Origin: an uncultured Dehalococcoidaceae bacterium
GTDB taxonomy: Bacteria; Chloroflexota; Dehalococcoidia; Dehalococcoidales; RBG-16-60-22
Assembly: GCA_964514525.1 (NCBI GenBank)
Contig: CAZEUJ010000007.1
Span: 1 to 21,103 of the forward strand
Length of the DNA: 21,103 nucleotides
Reading direction: 5' to 3'
Shown here: positions 18,579 to 21,103 of the stretch, piece by piece
Layout: every line of letters begins with the position of its first letter
Numbering within the stretch: the first letter of the stretch is position 1
Made by a program: the position numbers and the translations under genes
Notes under the pieces: model-generated
What the model was told of the DNA's origin: nothing
Seen by the model: the letters and a program-made list of their open reading frames with translations, nothing else
The model's database searches: none

Positions 18579-18606
18579 GACCGGGATAAATTATTTTATC
18601 TTACAA

Positions 18607-18635
18607 TTGACATAATTATCTCTTCATTATATATT
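18607..18635 (+). promoter_or_regulatory. Sigma70-type promoter for the TrkA_N/RyR gene
   Basis: TTGACA (18607-18612), a 17-nt spacer, then TATATT (18630-18635). It lies about 40 nt upstream of the ATG at 18678. Confidence 0.5.
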
Positions 18636-18677
18636 TGGTGAGAAAACTTACCGACGTGTTGGAATGGACGGCAACAA

Positions 18678-20507
18678 ATGATGAATACAGAAACCAGAAA
18701 GAACACCAGCCGGATAACCGGTGACTTTCCGGACAGGCTATCCTTCTGGAAGAAACTCAAACGATTCATTGGAGACTACAAATGGCTGTTGATCGTCCTC
18801 ATGTGGATTGTGACTATAGTGCTGGGATATATCGGATTTAGCAGGTATTTTTCCGCTATAGGTGAGACACATTCCTTTTGGGATATTTTATATCGTACCC
18901 TGCAACTCTTCGTTTTGGAGTCGGGTTTTATATCGGGTTCGGTGGAGTGGGAATTTCAGGTTGCCAGGTACCTGGCACCGGCGGTCGCGGCGTATACCGC
19001 CGTGCAGGCTTTGGCCATCATTTTCCAGGAACAGCTCCGATTGTTCCGTGTGCAGTTTTTAAAGGACCATATCGTGATTTGCGGGTTGGGCCAAAAAGGC
19101 CTGCTCCTCTCCAGAGGATTCCGGGAAAGAGATGAGCAAGTAGTGGTAATCGAGAAGGATGAGGGCAACAATTTTCTGGGTCAATGCAGGGAGCTTGGTA
19201 TAATTATTTTAATAGGTGATGCCGCCGACCCGGTGCTTCTTCGTAAAGCGCGGGTAAACAAAGCCAGGTACGTTATATCAGTCTGCGGCGACGATGGTGC
19301 CAATGCCGAGGTCGCCGTCCATTCCCGCGAGCTCGTTTGGAATCGCAAAGGCAAGGCGTTATCGTGTCTGAGCCACATCTCTGATTTTCGACTCTGTAAC
19401 TTGCTTCGAGATCGAGAAATCAGACTGGGCAAACTGGATACTTTCAGGTTGGAGTTGTTCAATGTTTTTGAAAGCGGGGCCAGAATCCTCCTGGACGAAT
19501 ATCCGCCCTTCGGCAAAACGGGTGAGGAAAATATCTCTAGAATACACCTGGTTGTAGTCGGGGCAGGTCGTATGGGAGAAAGCCTGGTGGTGAATGCCGC
19601 CAGGAACTGGTGGGACTTGGGCAGGCGGGACGGTGAACGTTTGCGTATCACCATAATTGACAAAGAAGCGGTAAGAGAAAAGGAATACCTGCACCTCCGC
19701 TACCCCCAGATGGAAAAAGCATGTGAGTTAGTGCCGGTCGAAGCGGATATTCAATTTTTAGAGTCGGGGCGGGCGGATTTTCTTTTTGATGATCGCGGGA
19801 AGTGCGCGGTAACGATGGTATATGTTTGTCTGGACGATGATTCAAGTGCTCTTAGTGCCGCCTTGATGATACGTCAGAAAGTGAAGACTCTCGAAGTCCC
19901 GATTGTAATACGCATGGACCACAACGCAGGGTTGGCCACCCTTTTACGAGGAGAGGAGGACAGGTCCCGGAGTCTGTCTAATTTACATGTGTTCGGACTT
20001 TTTGACCATACCTGCACCCCGGATTTGATATCCCGGTGCACCTATGAAATTTTAGCCCGCGCTATCCATGAAAATTATATCCGAAACGAGAAGGCTAAAG
20101 GCCTTACCCCCGCTACGAATCCTTCCTTGGTTCCCTGGGGGGAACTGGGGGAAAATTTCAGGCAGTCGAACAGGCGTGCCGCAGAACACATTCGTGTCAA
20201 ACTTGATGCCATTGGGTGTGATATTACTATAACCACCGATTGGGATACGCCGCGGTTCGAATTCACGCCGAATGAAATTGAATTGATGGCACAAATGGAG
20301 CACGAAAGTTGGGTTGAAGAGAAGTCAAGCGAGGGATGGAAATATCGTCCGGCCAAGGATACGGCCAAGAAAACCAGCCCCTATCTGGTTCCCTGGAACG
20401 AGTTGCCTGAAGAGGAAAAAGATAAGGACAGAAATCAAGTCCGGGAGCTGCCGGAATTTCTCGCTAAAGCCCGTTTCCAGATTTATCGGTTAAAGAAATT
20501 GGATTAA
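18678..20507 (+). CDS. Channel-like membrane protein: 2-TM pore-like module, TrkA_N/RCK Rossmann domain, second Rossmann-like domain, and two C-terminal RyR repeat domains
   Basis: 609 aa. The N-terminal module reads TM1 WLLIVLMWIVTIVLGYIGF, then the pore-helix-like SFWDILYRTLQLFVLESG, then TM2 VARYLAPAVAAYTAVQALAIIF. The first Rossmann motif is IVICGLGQKG (nt 19083-19100 encode GLGQKG), followed by VVVIEKD...LIGDAADPVLL, which is TrkA_N-like. A second motif VVVGAGRMG is encoded at about nt 19560-19577. The RyR repeats are ILARAIHENYIRNEKAKG...LVPWGELGENFRQSNR and LMAQMEHESWVEEKSSEGWKY...LVPWNELPEEEKDKDRN... Confidence 0.8.
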   Translation: MMNTETRKNTSRITGDFPDRLSFWKKLKRFIGDYKWLLIVLMWIVTIVLGYIGFSRYFSAIGETHSFWDILYRTLQLFVLESGFISGSVEWEFQVARYLAPAVAAYTAVQALAIIFQEQLRLFRVQFLKDHIVICGLGQKGLLLSRGFRERDEQVVVIEKDEGNNFLGQCRELGIIILIGDAADPVLLRKARVNKARYVISVCGDDGANAEVAVHSRELVWNRKGKALSCLSHISDFRLCNLLRDREIRLGKLDTFRLELFNVFESGARILLDEYPPFGKTGEENISRIHLVVVGAGRMGESLVVNAARNWWDLGRRDGERLRITIIDKEAVREKEYLHLRYPQMEKACELVPVEADIQFLESGRADFLFDDRGKCAVTMVYVCLDDDSSALSAALMIRQKVKTLEVPIVIRMDHNAGLATLLRGEEDRSRSLSNLHVFGLFDHTCTPDLISRCTYEILARAIHENYIRNEKAKGLTPATNPSLVPWGELGENFRQSNRRAAEHIRVKLDAIGCDITITTDWDTPRFEFTPNEIELMAQMEHESWVEEKSSEGWKYRPAKDTAKKTSPYLVPWNELPEEEKDKDRNQVRELPEFLAKARFQIYRLKKLD

Positions 20508-20639
20508 CGGAGAATTGTTAGAATTCAGGTAAAAACTGCTATAAATGAGAGTCCAGACTATTGATATGTTCAGGGCGCATGGACTATACTCCAAGCGATA
20601 ATGAAACACTGTTCGCTAGCTTAAAAAGGCTTAACTGAG

Positions 20640-21103
20640 ATGACGCACGAAGTTTTCATCTGTTATGCCTCCCGCGATAAGGCTATTGCCGAGGCGGTCT
20701 GCACTGCGCTGGAAGCCAGACACATTAAGTGCTGGATTGCCCCGCGGGATGTAATGCCCGGCACGGAATGGGCGGAGACAATCGTTGATGCCCTTGATGG
20801 AAGTCATGCCCTCGTCCTGGTATTATCCTCCAACTCTAATGTCTCACCGCAGGTAATCAGAGAGGTGGGGAGGGCCGCCAGCAATGGTACCCCCATCATT
20901 CCGCTTCGCATTGACGATGTCGTCCCCTCTAAAGCCATGGATTATTTTGTAAGCAGCCATCAGTGGTTGGATGCCCAGACAGGACCGATAAAGAAGCATT
21001 TACCCCGCCTCGCCGGCGTTGTACAACAGATTTTGGCCCGGAAAGGTGCACCTCAGGTTACAGAGATAACGGAGGCTGAAGAAGCAAAGAAGGCTCAGGA
21101 GGC
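20640..21103 (+). CDS. TIR domain-containing protein; the C-terminal part runs off the window
   Basis: It is absent from the ORF track because it is open at the edge. Manual translation from the ATG at 20640 gives MTHEVFICYASRDKAIAEAVCTALEARHIKCWIAPRDVMPGTEWAETIVDALDGSHALVLVLSSNSNVSPQVIREVGRAASNGTPIIPLRIDD... This is the TIR_2-type pattern: FISY-like strand, W...RD..PG, VLVLS, and a conserved Glu (E75, nt 20862-20864). No stop codon occurs through 21103. An in-frame stop at 20622-20624 fixes the start. Confidence 0.8.
   Translation, partial: MTHEVFICYASRDKAIAEAVCTALEARHIKCWIAPRDVMPGTEWAETIVDALDGSHALVLVLSSNSNVSPQVIREVGRAASNGTPIIPLRIDDVVPSKAMDYFVSSHQWLDAQTGPIKKHLPRLAGVVQQILARKGAPQVTEITEAEEAKKAQE

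Noticed and set aside
19181-19694. Minus-strand ORFs 19181..19663 and 19359..19694
   Set aside because: They are antisense to the TrkA_N/RyR gene and have no motifs. The plus-strand frame carries clear Rossmann and RyR signatures.
20579-20638. 19-aa upstream ORF (MDYTPSDNETLFASLKRLN) ending 1 nt before the TIR start codon
   Set aside because: It could couple translation into the weakly RBS-ed TIR gene. However, it is too short, has no convincing RBS of its own, and cannot be supported from sequence alone.

Overview
The window has three parts. (1) 1-8.2 kb holds housekeeping genes. These are a two-subunit 2-oxoacid:ferredoxin oxidoreductase (the beta subunit runs off the left edge; the alpha subunit is a gamma-alpha fusion), a divergent MoxR ATPase / DUF58 / DUF4129 membrane-protein operon, and a translationally coupled efp-epmA pair. 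(2) 8.4-15.6 kb is a minus-strand redox cluster of unknown substrate. It contains two FAD-binding PCMH-type oxidoreductases flanking a GlcF/HdrD-like Fe-S (CCG) protein, two tandem paralogous bicupin genes, and an SDR with its own promoter. (3) 15.8-21.1 kb looks more AT-rich by eye and is the most unusual part. An 889-aa AAA+ ATPase and a 609-aa channel-like TrkA_N/RCK membrane protein are transcribed divergently, and each ends in two tandem RyR (ryanodine-receptor repeat) domains. A TIR-domain gene follows and runs off the right edge. I propose this trio as a candidate undescribed nucleotide-signalling conflict or defence module. I saw no rRNA, tRNA, CRISPR array, transposase or integrase. 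All domain calls come from motif reading of the translations, no searches were run, and the taxon cannot be determined from this window.
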